DNA from: Spirochaetaceae bacterium
GTDB lineage: Bacteria; Spirochaetota; Spirochaetia; DSM-2461
Direction of reading: 5' to 3'
Assembly: GCA_051531975.1 (NCBI GenBank)
Contig: JAOPTT010000009.1
Coordinates: 465,456 to 529,455, forward strand
DNA: 64,000 bases
The notes below the pieces were generated by a model. It was given only the letters and a program-made list of their open reading frames with translations. It was not told where the DNA came from and did no database searches. This document shows positions 29,277 through 39,625 of the stretch, piece by piece. A program made the translations under genes and the position numbers. Position 1 is the first letter of the stretch, and every line of letters begins with the position of its first letter.

Positions 29277-29843
29277 ATGGAAAAAAAGTTTAACCCAAAA
29301 AAATTAGAGAAGTTAAATAACCCTAAGCGTTTAGAAATAATTCCACCAGATTATATATGGGAAAAGTTAAACCTCTCTGAATGTAAAACAGTAGTAGATA
29401 TAGGGGCAGGAACAGGTCTGTTTAGTAAAGAATTTTCACGTTTAATGGAGAATGGAACTGTCCATGCTTTAGATATATCAGATGTCATGATTACCTGGAT
29501 GTTGGAGAATGTAGTTAATGATTATAAAGGTATAATCCCTAAAATAATGCCAGAATCCAAAATACCTTTAGATGATCAAAGCTCAGATTTGACAATAATG
29601 ATTACTTTGCACCATGAGTTAGAGGAACCCGAAACTCTGTTATTAGAAGCTTTACGGGTTCTAAAGAAGGGTGGCAAAGTCTGTATCATAGACTGGAAAA
29701 AAGAGGATATGCCCTTGGGACCACCATTAGAGATTAGGTGTAGTACTGAACAAATAATTAGTCAGTTAAAGTCTGTTGGTTTTAATAATATAAAAACTGA
29801 TTCCTCCTTAGATATGTTTAATATCGTTTGGGCAATTAAATAA
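29277..29843 (+). CDS. Class I SAM-dependent methyltransferase
   Basis: VDIGAGTG, ALDIS, LHHE, RVLKKGG. Confidence 0.9.
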   Translation: MEKKFNPKKLEKLNNPKRLEIIPPDYIWEKLNLSECKTVVDIGAGTGLFSKEFSRLMENGTVHALDISDVMITWMLENVVNDYKGIIPKIMPESKIPLDDQSSDLTIMITLHHELEEPETLLLEALRVLKKGGKVCIIDWKKEDMPLGPPLEIRCSTEQIISQLKSVGFNNIKTDSSLDMFNIVWAIK

Positions 29844-29899
29844 ACTATATGTAATTCATACAAATATGCATTTGTATGAATTTATATTTACATAAAAAA

Positions 29900-29928
29900 T
29901 TGACATGTTCTGAATGTTTATATAGTAT
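29900..29928 (+). promoter_or_regulatory. sigma70 promoter, probably leaderless, for the MCP gene
   Basis: TTGACA-17-TAGTAT, 7 nt before ATG 29936; no SD. Confidence 0.6.
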
Positions 29929-29935
29929 TTTTCAT

Positions 29936-31735
29936 ATGAAGAACTTAAAGATAACATCTAAGACAAAAATTCTAATATTAGCAGCTTTATTAGGTATGTC
30001 AATTATCAATGTAACCTCCTTTGTTTATACAAACAAAATAAAAGTAAAAGGTGACTTATACAATGAGATATCAGTTAATAACTCCCTTATTTCTAGTATC
30101 CAAACCCCTACATCTTATATTGTGGAGTCCTATCTTGCAGCATATGAGATTTATACATTTAGTGCTAATGGTGCGATTCAACCCTATCTTATTAAAATAA
30201 AAAAGTTAGAAGAGACATACTATAAACAAAATGACTATTGGTTAAAAGTTCTTCCTGAAGGTGATATTAAACAAAACCTAACTAAATATGCGTTTAAATC
30301 TGCTGATAAGTTTTATACTGTTATTAATACAGAGTTTCTTCCTGCAATAAAAAAAGGGGACCTGGAAGCTGCAAAAATTATACTAAATCAGACATTAACC
30401 CCAATATTTAAAGAACATAAAACATATGTGGATCGTATAATAAAACTCGCAAATGAAGTTAATGTGGAATTAGAAGACAAAACTACAACATTCCTTAAGT
30501 TCTTTCTAATTGTAATGATTGTTATTCCAGCCATATTTTATATTTTCATTATCTTTTTAGGTACAATAATAAACTCTCACATTGGTAAATCCATGAAAAT
30601 AGTACTTCTAGGGTTCAAAAAATCTTCTACTGGAGATTTAACTGACAGGGTTAGTGGTTTAAACAGAGATGAGATTGGGACAATAGGTAATTATCTCAAT
30701 ATCATGTTAGATAATATGAGTAAAATAGTTAAAGATGTAAAAATAAGATCAGAAAACCTCCTGAAAGTTGGAGATGAATTACATATTAATACTAATAAAA
30801 CATCTGATTCTATAAATGATATTAACAGTAACATAAAAGATATTAATGAACAGATAAACAGACAAGCATCAGGTGTAATAGAGACTCAGGATGTTGTTAA
30901 CGATATTGCAAAAAAAATAGAAGAGTTAAATTACGAAATTGAGAATCAGTCTGCAAGTGTTGTTCAATCCTCATCCTCTGTGGAGGAAATGGTTGCTAAT
31001 ATTAATTCTGTAAATGTAGCATTAAATACAAATTCTGAGTCGGTTAAACAACTTCAATTAGCATCTGATGATGGAAGAACTGGAATGAATGAAGTAACTG
31101 ATCATATAAAAGCTATAAGTGAAGAATCTTCAGTATTAATAGAAGCTACTACAATTATAAAAAATATTGCTAGCCAAACTAACTTGCTTGCAATGAATGC
31201 TGCTATAGAAGCGGCTCATGCAGGTGAAGCTGGAAAAGGTTTTGCCGTTGTTGCCGATGAAATAAGAAAGTTAGCGGAAGATTCAAATTCTCAGGTTGAT
31301 GCTATAAATAAAATATTAGAAAATTTCAGAAAATCAATAATTAGTGTTACTGAATATACAGATACTACTCAAGAACAATTTAATGATATTTATGATCTAT
31401 CTTCAGTAGTTAACGACCAAGAGAATCTAATTAAGAATGCAATGGAAGAGCAGAGCGCTGGTGGGGCTGAGATACTATTAGCGATGTCTGAAATAAGTAA
31501 TATTACTCAAAATGTTAAATCTTTTTCATCGGCTATAATGGAAAGTAGTTTAGAAGTTATGAAAGAAATGTCTCTTTTTAATAATATAACTAATCAAATT
31601 AAGGATAAGGTAATACAAATTTCTAGTAGCTCAAGTTCGATAGTTGAAAACTCAGATGGAAACAAAACATTGAGTAAAAAAAATCATGAGAATGTTAAAA
31701 TATTATTAGATGAGATAACAACTTTTAAGATATAA
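29936..31735 (+). CDS. Methyl-accepting chemotaxis protein
   Basis: Two TMs, helical periplasmic domain, [42 protein letters not shown]. Confidence 0.95.
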   Translation: MKNLKITSKTKILILAALLGMSIINVTSFVYTNKIKVKGDLYNEISVNNSLISSIQTPTSYIVESYLAAYEIYTFSANGAIQPYLIKIKKLEETYYKQNDYWLKVLPEGDIKQNLTKYAFKSADKFYTVINTEFLPAIKKGDLEAAKIILNQTLTPIFKEHKTYVDRIIKLANEVNVELEDKTTTFLKFFLIVMIVIPAIFYIFIIFLGTIINSHIGKSMKIVLLGFKKSSTGDLTDRVSGLNRDEIGTIGNYLNIMLDNMSKIVKDVKIRSENLLKVGDELHINTNKTSDSINDINSNIKDINEQINRQASGVIETQDVVNDIAKKIEELNYEIENQSASVVQSSSSVEEMVANINSVNVALNTNSESVKQLQLASDDGRTGMNEVTDHIKAISEESSVLIEATTIIKNIASQTNLLAMNAAIEAAHAGEAGKGFAVVADEIRKLAEDSNSQVDAINKILENFRKSIISVTEYTDTTQEQFNDIYDLSSVVNDQENLIKNAMEEQSAGGAEILLAMSEISNITQNVKSFSSAIMESSLEVMKEMSLFNNITNQIKDKVIQISSSSSSIVENSDGNKTLSKKNHENVKILLDEITTFKI

Positions 31736-31740
31736 TCAGT

Positions 31741-31768
31741 AAACCCGTGGATCTTGTTCACGGGTTTT
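31741..31768. terminator. Bidirectional intrinsic terminator between convergent MCP genes
   Basis: AAACCCGTG...CACGGGTTTT inverted repeat. Confidence 0.75.
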
Positions 31769-31813
31769 ACATCTTCTCTTCAACTACCGGTGGTTCTAAA
31801 TGGCTGGTATATA

Positions 31814-33598
31814 TTAGACTGTAAATACTACAAGTTCTTCATTTATTTTAGTTATAGCTGACATATTGTCACTACTCATCTCTTGTACACTTTTTACAAT
31901 AGATTCAACATTCAATGTATTATCATATACATCACTTATTTTATCATTTACCAATTCACTTATGCCAAGTAACCTCTGCATTTCAGATAATACTTGCTGA
32001 CTTCCAGCACTCATTTCTTGTGATCCTGATTTAACATTCCCAGTTATTTCGTTCATTTTATTTAGGGAGTCTAATATAACTTCACTACCACTACTTTGTT
32101 CCATCATGGTATATTTCATCTCTTCTTCTAAACGGTTAACTGTTTCAATTAAACTATTTACTATATCGAAGGATTCCCCAGTCTCTTTAGATTTAATAAC
32201 AACATCATCAATTAACTTTTTCATAATATTTAGCTTTGATTCTATCTGTTTAGACTGTAGTGTAGCTGATTCTGCTAGTTTTCTTATCTCGTCGGCTACA
32301 ACAGCGAATCCTTTTCCAGATTCTCCAGCATGGGCAGCCTCAATTGCAGCATTCATTGCTAATAAGTTTGTTTGTGCCGCTATATCAGAAATAATCTGGT
32401 TCGTATCCATTAAACCTAAAGACTCATCATATACTTCACTAATTAATTGGTTAGATTCAGACATATTATTCCGACCCTTTTCTGATGCACTTTTTAACTC
32501 TATAAAATGGCTATTTACTTCTTCAACATTTTTTGTTGCTGATTTTATATTAGAAACCATCTGTTCAATGGAAGAGGATGAGCTTTCTATATGTTCAGCT
32601 TGAACCTCAATCATTGTATTTAATGATCCAATATTAGAAACAACTTCTTCGATTGCCGAAGATGACTCTGTAACAGATGCTGTTTGCTCTGTAATTTGGT
32701 CTCTAACTTCTTGTATATCCCTATTTATATCATCAACTGCAACTGATGTTTTACCCATATTCTCTACTAATGTATGTCCAAGCTTAGTTAATTTATCACC
32801 TGAACCTTTAATTCCGTTAACATTTGCCGAAAGACCTGTCATGAAATCATTTAAATGACCACCTAGAACACCAATTTCATCTGCAGATTTATCGTTAATT
32901 CTTACTGTTAAATCTCCTTTAGATGCCTGTATAAACTTTTCAAAAAATATTTTAATTGGACTTGATATTGAACCTATTATAACAATAGCAACAATTATGG
33001 CTGATAATATAGTAACTAAAATAAGAATAATAGAACTCAGTACACTACTCTTTTTAGTCTCTCTTGCACCTTCAATAAAAGATTCCGCTTTGTTAAATGC
33101 AAAATCTAGAATACTTTGGCTTTTATCAAAAAGTTTTTTTACATGGGCTGCCCCAGCTTGTTTTGTTATATCAGCAGCCTTTTCTTTTTGTCCACTTTTA
33201 CTATATACAATTACTTCATCCCTAATTGTTTTCCAATTAATGAAATCTTGTTTTAATGCTTCAATGTCTTTTAGATCCCCTAAAAACTGTGCCTCTACAA
33301 TAACAAATAGTTCTAATACTTCTTTTTCGTAATTATCAATTGATGTTTCAACTTTCACAATACTTGCACTATTATTTGCCATAGCAATATCTTTCATGTC
33401 TCTATGCATTCTTGTTATATCACCCTGAATTTCCAACATTGTAGTTGTTATCTTAAAAGGGTGCTGGTATAATTTTTCGGTTAAAGTTGCCACCGTATTT
33501 ATTTTCTGTAACTGTACCAAACTAACTATAACCATAATACTTATAGTCAAAAAAAACCCTATTGCTGTCCTTGTTCCGATGTTAATACTTCTAATCAC
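31814..33598 (-). CDS. Methyl-accepting chemotaxis protein (4HB-type sensor)
   Basis: GTG start; [48 protein letters not shown]. Confidence 0.95.
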   Translation of the reverse strand: MIRSINIGTRTAIGFFLTISIMVIVSLVQLQKINTVATLTEKLYQHPFKITTTMLEIQGDITRMHRDMKDIAMANNSASIVKVETSIDNYEKEVLELFVIVEAQFLGDLKDIEALKQDFINWKTIRDEVIVYSKSGQKEKAADITKQAGAAHVKKLFDKSQSILDFAFNKAESFIEGARETKKSSVLSSIILILVTILSAIIVAIVIIGSISSPIKIFFEKFIQASKGDLTVRINDKSADEIGVLGGHLNDFMTGLSANVNGIKGSGDKLTKLGHTLVENMGKTSVAVDDINRDIQEVRDQITEQTASVTESSSAIEEVVSNIGSLNTMIEVQAEHIESSSSSIEQMVSNIKSATKNVEEVNSHFIELKSASEKGRNNMSESNQLISEVYDESLGLMDTNQIISDIAAQTNLLAMNAAIEAAHAGESGKGFAVVADEIRKLAESATLQSKQIESKLNIMKKLIDDVVIKSKETGESFDIVNSLIETVNRLEEEMKYTMMEQSSGSEVILDSLNKMNEITGNVKSGSQEMSAGSQQVLSEMQRLLGISELVNDKISDVYDNTLNVESIVKSVQEMSSDNMSAITKINEELVVFTV

Positions 33599-33782
33599 TG
33601 TTATTCCCCATTATATTTTTCAAAATTCATATTACAATGATGTAAAGTTTAGTTCATTCTTGGGGAATGTCAATAATACTTATTACTAAATGTGAAAAAG
33701 TTTTTTTTAAAAATAATTGGATACATAAATGTTTGCTTTAAATATGTCAGCTTGTTCTATATACTAAATATTGGAGTATTTA

Positions 33783-34514
33783 ATGAAGTTCGAAGAAATA
33801 GTTGTAAAAAAACCATCTGACCTGATTGTTGATAAAATTTGGAAAAAAATATTATCAGCGGAACTTAAACCAGGTGATAAACTACCTTCTGAGAGAGAAC
33901 TTGTTAAAATCTTTAATGTTAGCAGTGTTACAGTTAGAGAAGCTCTGAATATTCTTGAAACAAATGGACAGATCCAAAAAAAAAGGGGAGCCCATGGTGG
34001 TAGTATTATTTTAGAGACAACTCCAGCTAGTGGGATCTCTCAAATAATGAATTTCTTCGAAAAAAACCAATATACGATTAAACAATTAGAAGAATTTATA
34101 CTTTCTGTATATCCTCAGATGGCATCAGAATCAGCAATTAATATTACAGATAAACAGATCAATTATATATCTTCTATTCTTAAAAATCATAAATTAAAAA
34201 TTGAAGAGACTGGTATCTCAGAATTGGCATTAGAATATGGTACATATGTTGGTTATACTACAAAAAACCCTATATATATGGTAATAAATGAACTATTTAA
34301 TAAAATGTTAAGGGAACTAGAAACTAAATCTGGTTTAAACTCATTAAACCCTAAAAAACAAGATACAAAATATTACAAAGATTGTTATGTTCAATATAAA
34401 AAAATAGCAAATGGACTTTCTACAAAAGACCCATCCATTGCTGGAGAAAATACTAAAGAGGCACTTATAGAGATCTTTAAACTCTTAAATAATTATATCT
34501 CAGATAACTGCTAG
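33783..34514 (+). CDS. GntR (FadR-like) transcriptional regulator
   Basis: GGAG SD before ATG 33783; LKPGDKLPSERELVKIFNVSSVTVREAL. Confidence 0.88.
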   Translation: MKFEEIVVKKPSDLIVDKIWKKILSAELKPGDKLPSERELVKIFNVSSVTVREALNILETNGQIQKKRGAHGGSIILETTPASGISQIMNFFEKNQYTIKQLEEFILSVYPQMASESAINITDKQINYISSILKNHKLKIEETGISELALEYGTYVGYTTKNPIYMVINELFNKMLRELETKSGLNSLNPKKQDTKYYKDCYVQYKKIANGLSTKDPSIAGENTKEALIEIFKLLNNYISDNC

Positions 34515-34549
34515 TTATACCTAATCAAAAGTTATAAAGCCAAAGATAA

Positions 34550-34589
34550 GGCAAAGTGGTTCGAAGAAGAACTTGAACCACAAGTTGCC
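34550..34589. terminator. Long hairpin between convergent gntR and nitroreductase genes
   Basis: GGCAA-A-GTGGTTC...GAACCAC-AAG-TTGCC. Confidence 0.55.
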
Positions 34590-34596
34590 GGAAATC

Positions 34597-35229
34597 TTAG
34601 GCTAGAATTGTAACTAACTCTTCTCTACTTTTACGCACCTTTGGTAAACTAGCAAGCCAGTCTTTTTCTTCATCTCTATATCCTAAAGGAAGTAAAAGAC
34701 AACTTCTAAGGCCTTTTTCTCGTAAACCTAAAAGTTTATCTAATTCATTTGGGTCAAAACCCTCAATTGGAGTAGAATCTACTTCTTCGAATGCTGCTGC
34801 TGTAATAGCTTGGCTAAAAGCAATATATGCTTGTTTTGACGTATGATGAAAATTCTCTTCAGCATCTCTATTTGGATATGATTTTAATAACATCTGCCTA
34901 TAACTTTCAAATCCTTCAAAAGTTTGTCCTCTTTTCTCATTTGTCAGATCAAACATTTTGTTTATTCTATCTTCAGTATATGTATCCCACGCTGCAAAAA
35001 CCAGCAGATGTGAACATTCGGATACTACTTGTTGATTCCAAGCCAATGCTTTAACTTTCTCTTTTAATTCTTTATTTGTAATCATTATAATTTCAAAAGG
35101 TTGTAATCCACTAGATGTTGGAGCTAATGATGCAGCCTCAATTATATTTTCAATTTTTTCGTTTGGAACAGTTTTACCATTCATCGCTTTAGAGGCATAT
35201 CGCCAATTTAATTTATCTAATAATTCCAT
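34597..35229 (-). CDS. NfsB-like NAD(P)H nitroreductase
   Basis: LNWRYASK, LAPTSSGLQP, DSTPIEGFD, LGYR, KVRK. Confidence 0.92.
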   Translation of the reverse strand: MELLDKLNWRYASKAMNGKTVPNEKIENIIEAASLAPTSSGLQPFEIIMITNKELKEKVKALAWNQQVVSECSHLLVFAAWDTYTEDRINKMFDLTNEKRGQTFEGFESYRQMLLKSYPNRDAEENFHHTSKQAYIAFSQAITAAAFEEVDSTPIEGFDPNELDKLLGLREKGLRSCLLLPLGYRDEEKDWLASLPKVRKSREELVTILA

Positions 35230-35326
35230 TATATATTCCTATGATAATAAGTTAATTTAAAGATACTACTTAATGGTAATGATTACTAGTAGTAGTGGTG
35301 AGAATTTAATTTAATAGTTAATAATT

Positions 35327-35356
35327 AGCTAACACCACAACTTTGTGATGTTAGTT
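35327..35356 (-). terminator. Hairpin downstream of the 144-aa gene
   Basis: Minus strand AACTAACATCACAA-AG-TTGTGGTGTTAGCT pairs, with G.U allowed. Confidence 0.6.
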
Positions 35357-35361
35357 TATTA

Positions 35362-35796
35362 TTAATAATGCTTTTTAAAGTTTAATTGTGCATACTTTCT
35401 AGAAAAGAAAGATTTTGATTCTCTTGCTATTATTGAATAACAAGCTTTGTTGTAATATGTCGATTTGTCTTTTTCGCTAAGGTAATAATACTCATCAGAA
35501 ACCATTTTAAATATATCAAATTTATCTAGGTGGTCTAATGTTTTTTCTATTTTTGTCCTAACCATTTCAAATGATTGTGGTAAAAATACATTTTCATGCC
35601 ATGAAAAAAATGCTTGTTCTAATGTAATAGTATATGGAATATTTTCGTTAACAAACCATTTATGTTTATTAATATATTTACTTATTCTTTCTAAAATAGC
35701 GTCACTACTTACCGCTTTCTCTCCGCCCAGAAATTCAATTACATCCGGGTACAATTTTAGTAATTTCTCAATTACTTCTTTTTCTTTATTACTCAT
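35362..35796 (-). CDS. Hypothetical protein, DUF4032-like helical domain
   Basis: HKWFVNE...ITLEQAFFSWHENVFLP resembles the HKW/HKY...SW..VY.P motif of DUF4032-type proteins; GAGG SD. Confidence 0.45.
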   Translation of the reverse strand: MSNKEKEVIEKLLKLYPDVIEFLGGEKAVSSDAILERISKYINKHKWFVNENIPYTITLEQAFFSWHENVFLPQSFEMVRTKIEKTLDHLDKFDIFKMVSDEYYYLSEKDKSTYYNKACYSIIARESKSFFSRKYAQLNFKKHY

Positions 35797-35885
35797 CTAT
35801 TTACCTCTTAATGTAATATTTATCTAAATGATAATAATTATTATTTAGAAAGTCCATAGTCAAAAGGATAAATTATTATAGATTC

Positions 35886-36560
35886 CTAATATTCTACTTC
35901 TAAATCGACTTTTTTAGCAAATTCTATACAGGTCTTCATATCTTTTTCTCCAATATGTCCTTTGTAGTATCTATTATCTTTATTTAATTTTATTAGTTTT
36001 TTGTACATTATTTTATAATCTGCGTCTGAAACTTTCTGTGTAGTATCAAAGCCTGCTTTATATAATACATAAGCAAATGTATGGTTTACCCATCTAATTC
36101 TAGAAAGATCTGAAAGTTTGGTAAGCTTTAAAATTTCTTCATTATCGATATCTGTTTTTATCTGTAAACCGGCTCTTTTTTCCTTGGTCCATGAGTTATT
36201 ATAAAAACTTAGTGTATCTTTTATTCCATGTTCTTTAAGTTTTCTAACTGTATTTTCATCTATTGAGGGTAAGTCTATTAATCTGTTAGGTTTTTGGGTT
36301 ATACCATTTATTACTCTTCGTAAAACAGTTAAATAATTTACTGGTATTTTGGTCAACGTAGAAAATTCATCAATTTTGTTTTTGTTTTTAATTGCTGATA
36401 TTAGTTCATAAAGATTCTTAATGTTAATACTTTCTACACTAGTAAAATTATCATCAATATTCTCTAAAAGTATTCTCCAGCTAGGAATCAGATCCGCGTT
36501 TTTTAATTCGTCTTTATATTCTGCTACTGATATTTTTTTTAAGTCTATATAGTAAGCCAT
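35886..36560 (-). CDS. DUF4332-like (helix-hairpin-helix) protein
   Basis: SDLSRIRWVNHTFAYVLYKAGFDT; GGAGG SD. Confidence 0.7.
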   Translation of the reverse strand: MAYYIDLKKISVAEYKDELKNADLIPSWRILLENIDDNFTSVESINIKNLYELISAIKNKNKIDEFSTLTKIPVNYLTVLRRVINGITQKPNRLIDLPSIDENTVRKLKEHGIKDTLSFYNNSWTKEKRAGLQIKTDIDNEEILKLTKLSDLSRIRWVNHTFAYVLYKAGFDTTQKVSDADYKIMYKKLIKLNKDNRYYKGHIGEKDMKTCIEFAKKVDLEVEY

Positions 36561-36629
36561 TTTTATAGCCTCCTAATTAATCTTAACATATCCCTACACC
36601 CAATTCAATTTTCAAATATTTTAATAAAT

Positions 36630-36658
36630 ACTCCATAGGCTTTACTTACCTATGGAGT
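36630..36658 (-). terminator. Intrinsic terminator after leuS
   Basis: ACTCCATAGG...CCTATGGAGT 10-bp stem, followed by a T-rich tract on the minus strand. Confidence 0.75.
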
Positions 36659-36665
36659 TAAAGAG

Positions 36666-39116
36666 CTATACAACTATAGAAACAAGTTTTTTAGGAACAT
36701 AGATAAACTTTTTAATATCTTTTCCATCAATGTATTTTTTAACATTATCATCAGCCAATGCTAACTTCTCAATTTCATCTTTTGTTATATCTGCACTTAC
36801 ATCAAGTTGTGCTCTAACCTTACCATGAATCTGAACAACAACTGTTATTTCAGACTTTGCAAGATAAGACTCGATAGCTTTTGGATAAGATTGTGTAAAA
36901 ATAGACTGTTTCTTTCCAATACTTTCCCACATCTCTTCAGCTAAATGTGGAGTAAAAGGTGCCATTAGAAGAATAAGAGTTTCTGTCGCGACTTTAACAA
37001 TAGCACCGCTCTGATTCTCTTTTGGCAATTTCTTGTATTTATAGAACTCGTTAACAAACTCCATAATTCTTGCAATAGAAGTATTAAACTGCATTTTATC
37101 AATATCTGTGTTTACATGCTTAATAGCATAGTGCATCTGGTAATATAGGTCTTTCTCTTCTTTTGAAGTAGGTTTTGCTTCCCCTTCATTAGAATTAATA
37201 CTCCAACTATTTTCATCAACTAGTTTATGAACTCTATTTACAAATTTATCAACTGATTTTATCTGAGAATCACTCCAGGCTCCACCCTCTGTATAGGAGA
37301 AGTTAAACATTAAGTATGCTCTAAAAACATCAGCACCATACTCTTCTATATACGGATCAGGAGAAATTGTATTTCCTTTAGATTTACTCATCCGAGTGCC
37401 ATCTTTTGCTAAAATAATACCTTGGTGAGTTAGGTTAGTAAAAGGTTCAAACTTTTTATCTTCCATTAAAACTTTACCAATAAATCTAGCATATAATAGG
37501 TGCATACATGCATGTTCTGGTCCACCAACATATCTATCAACTGGAAGCCAACTTTTGGTAATATCTTTATCAAAAGCGGCATCATTAATATTTGCAGAAG
37601 GATATCTGAAGTAGTACCAAGAAGAACAAACAAAAGTATCCATTGTATCTGCTTCTCTTTTAGCCTCTCCACCACATTTAGGACAACTTGCACTCATAAA
37701 CTCTGCATTAGTTGCAAGAGGTGCATCACCTTTAGGTTTTATCTCTACATCGTAGGGTAATTTTATTGGAAGTTCTGATTCAGGAACTGGTTGTTCTCCA
37801 CATTTATCACAATAAACTATTGGTATTGGTGCACCCCAGTATCTCTGTCTAGATATCAACCAGTCCCTAAGTCTAAAGTTTATTTCAGCATTACCAGAGT
37901 TTAACTCTTCTAGAACTTCTGTAACCTTTTTCTTCAAGTCTACTGACTTCATACCATCATATTCTCCAGAGTTAATCATAACTCCAGGATCAGTATAAGC
38001 AGTTGTAATTTCATCTGCAGCTTTATCATTTTTTTTCTTTATAACCTGGATAACTTCAAGACCAAAGTTGTTTGCAAACTCTAAATCTCTATCATCGTGG
38101 GCGGGAACAGCCATAACTGCACCAGTACCATAAGAGTATAATACATAGTCTCCAATCCAAATTGGAATTTGTTTCCCATTTATTGGATTTGTAGCATATG
38201 CACCAGTGAAAACTCCGGATTTATCTTTAGTTGTAGATAATCTATCAACTTCTGATTTTAATGAAGTTTCTGTAATATAGCTCTCAACAGCCTCTTTTTG
38301 TTCTGGTGTAGTAATCTCCCCAACTAATGGGTGCTCAGGAGCTAATGTCATATAAGTTACACCAAAAATAGTGTCCGGTCTTGTAGTAAAAACAGGAATA
38401 TCATGGTTTGGCATTTTAAAAACTATTTCAGCACCAACAGACTTTCCAACCCAGTTTTTTTGCATTGCAATTGTTTTTTCTGGCCAGTTAACATCGTTAT
38501 GCCCGTCTAATAAGTCTTGGGCATAATCGGTAATCTTAAAAAACCATTGAGTTAAGTTTTTCTTAATAACAAGAGTTTCACATCTCTCACAACCACCATC
38601 TTTTACCTGCTCATTTGCTAAAACAGTATTACAACTAGGGCACCAGTTAACAGGTGCTTTTTTTCTGTATGCTAAACCTTTTTCATATAATTTTAGGAAT
38701 ATCCATTGAGTCCACTTGTAATAATCTGGTTTTGACGTATCGATATACTTAGACCAATCATACATTGCTCCAATACCTTTTAACTGTTTAATCATATATT
38801 TAATATTTGCATTAGTACTATCTTCTGGGTGTATACCTTTTTTTATAGCGTGATTCTCAGCAGGTAAACCAAAGGCATCAAATCCCATAGGTTGGAATAC
38901 ATTGTATCCCATCATTTTTTTATACCGTGCATAAGTGTCTGAGGGACCATAGTTGTACCAGTGTCCGCAGTGAAGTTTATCTCCTGACGGATAACTAAAC
39001 ATTTCTAACATGTAGAATTTCTTTTTATCATCATCTAAATCTACTGTATGACAATTATTATCTTCCCAATAACCTTGCCATTTTTTTTCTATTTCACTAA
39101 AATTATAACTACTCAT
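36666..39116 (-). CDS. leuS: Leucine--tRNA ligase
   Basis: MFSYPSG..LHCGH, GFDAFGLPAEN, FTTRPDT, GTGAVMAVPAHD, DWLISRQRYWG, RMSKSKGN. Confidence 0.98.
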   Translation of the reverse strand: MSSYNFSEIEKKWQGYWEDNNCHTVDLDDDKKKFYMLEMFSYPSGDKLHCGHWYNYGPSDTYARYKKMMGYNVFQPMGFDAFGLPAENHAIKKGIHPEDSTNANIKYMIKQLKGIGAMYDWSKYIDTSKPDYYKWTQWIFLKLYEKGLAYRKKAPVNWCPSCNTVLANEQVKDGGCERCETLVIKKNLTQWFFKITDYAQDLLDGHNDVNWPEKTIAMQKNWVGKSVGAEIVFKMPNHDIPVFTTRPDTIFGVTYMTLAPEHPLVGEITTPEQKEAVESYITETSLKSEVDRLSTTKDKSGVFTGAYATNPINGKQIPIWIGDYVLYSYGTGAVMAVPAHDDRDLEFANNFGLEVIQVIKKKNDKAADEITTAYTDPGVMINSGEYDGMKSVDLKKKVTEVLEELNSGNAEINFRLRDWLISRQRYWGAPIPIVYCDKCGEQPVPESELPIKLPYDVEIKPKGDAPLATNAEFMSASCPKCGGEAKREADTMDTFVCSSWYYFRYPSANINDAAFDKDITKSWLPVDRYVGGPEHACMHLLYARFIGKVLMEDKKFEPFTNLTHQGIILAKDGTRMSKSKGNTISPDPYIEEYGADVFRAYLMFNFSYTEGGAWSDSQIKSVDKFVNRVHKLVDENSWSINSNEGEAKPTSKEEKDLYYQMHYAIKHVNTDIDKMQFNTSIARIMEFVNEFYKYKKLPKENQSGAIVKVATETLILLMAPFTPHLAEEMWESIGKKQSIFTQSYPKAIESYLAKSEITVVVQIHGKVRAQLDVSADITKDEIEKLALADDNVKKYIDGKDIKKFIYVPKKLVSIVV

Positions 39117-39158
39117 GGAAACGATAATATCAGAAGTAGAGGGGTTGGTCTAGAAAGA

Positions 39159-39554
39159 TTATCTCTTTCCCCTGCATCTATAACACCCAAGGACATGAAC
39201 ATGGTTTTTCCCTGGCTTTTCAAATAGTCTTGCAATTACATATTCTTTATCCGATAACCTTTTTTTACAAGCGGGGCAGGTACGTATGGATTCTGGTTGG
39301 AATTTCGGTTTTGGGTGTTCTCTATAACAATATGGACAGCCAAAAATGTGCATAATATCGTCAGACTTTGAGTTATACCTTATCGAGTGAACTCTCTCGT
39401 TTTTCTGCAGGGGCCACTGACAGATAGGACAAGGCTTTCCTACTGGTAGAGATTCAGTTATCTCTTCTTCTTGATGTTTTTTACTAGAGTTAGAGTAAAA
39501 AAGAAGTATAAATATTAAAAAAAGTAGAAAAATTACAAGTATATATGGAAGCAT
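39159..39554 (-). CDS. Membrane-anchored Zn-ribbon hypothetical protein
   Basis: N-terminal TM; four CxxC motifs (CPIC, CPYC, CPAC, CYRC). Confidence 0.7.
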   Translation of the reverse strand: MLPYILVIFLLFLIFILLFYSNSSKKHQEEEITESLPVGKPCPICQWPLQKNERVHSIRYNSKSDDIMHIFGCPYCYREHPKPKFQPESIRTCPACKKRLSDKEYVIARLFEKPGKNHVHVLGCYRCRGKR

Positions 39555-39625
39555 TACTTATAATATTTTTTCTATTTTTAAAAATCAATAGTTTTATTTT
39601 ATTCAGAGTGTGATATATTTATAGT

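Noticed and set aside
31160..32400. Inverted sequence similarity between about 31160-31280 and 32270-32390
   Set aside because: Explained by the conserved signalling hairpin of two convergent MCP paralogues, not by a mobile element.
34545..34592. GGCAAA...TCGAAG...GTTGCCG resembles the ends of a c-di-GMP-I riboswitch
   Set aside because: The central GCAAAGC/P2 elements are missing, the segment is too short, and it lies between convergent 3' ends. A simple hairpin explains it.
35262..35300. TACT/AGTA-rich tract upstream of the nitroreductase as an HxlR/MarR-type operator
   Set aside because: Low-complexity AGT repeats, imperfect symmetry and no cognate regulator adjacent.
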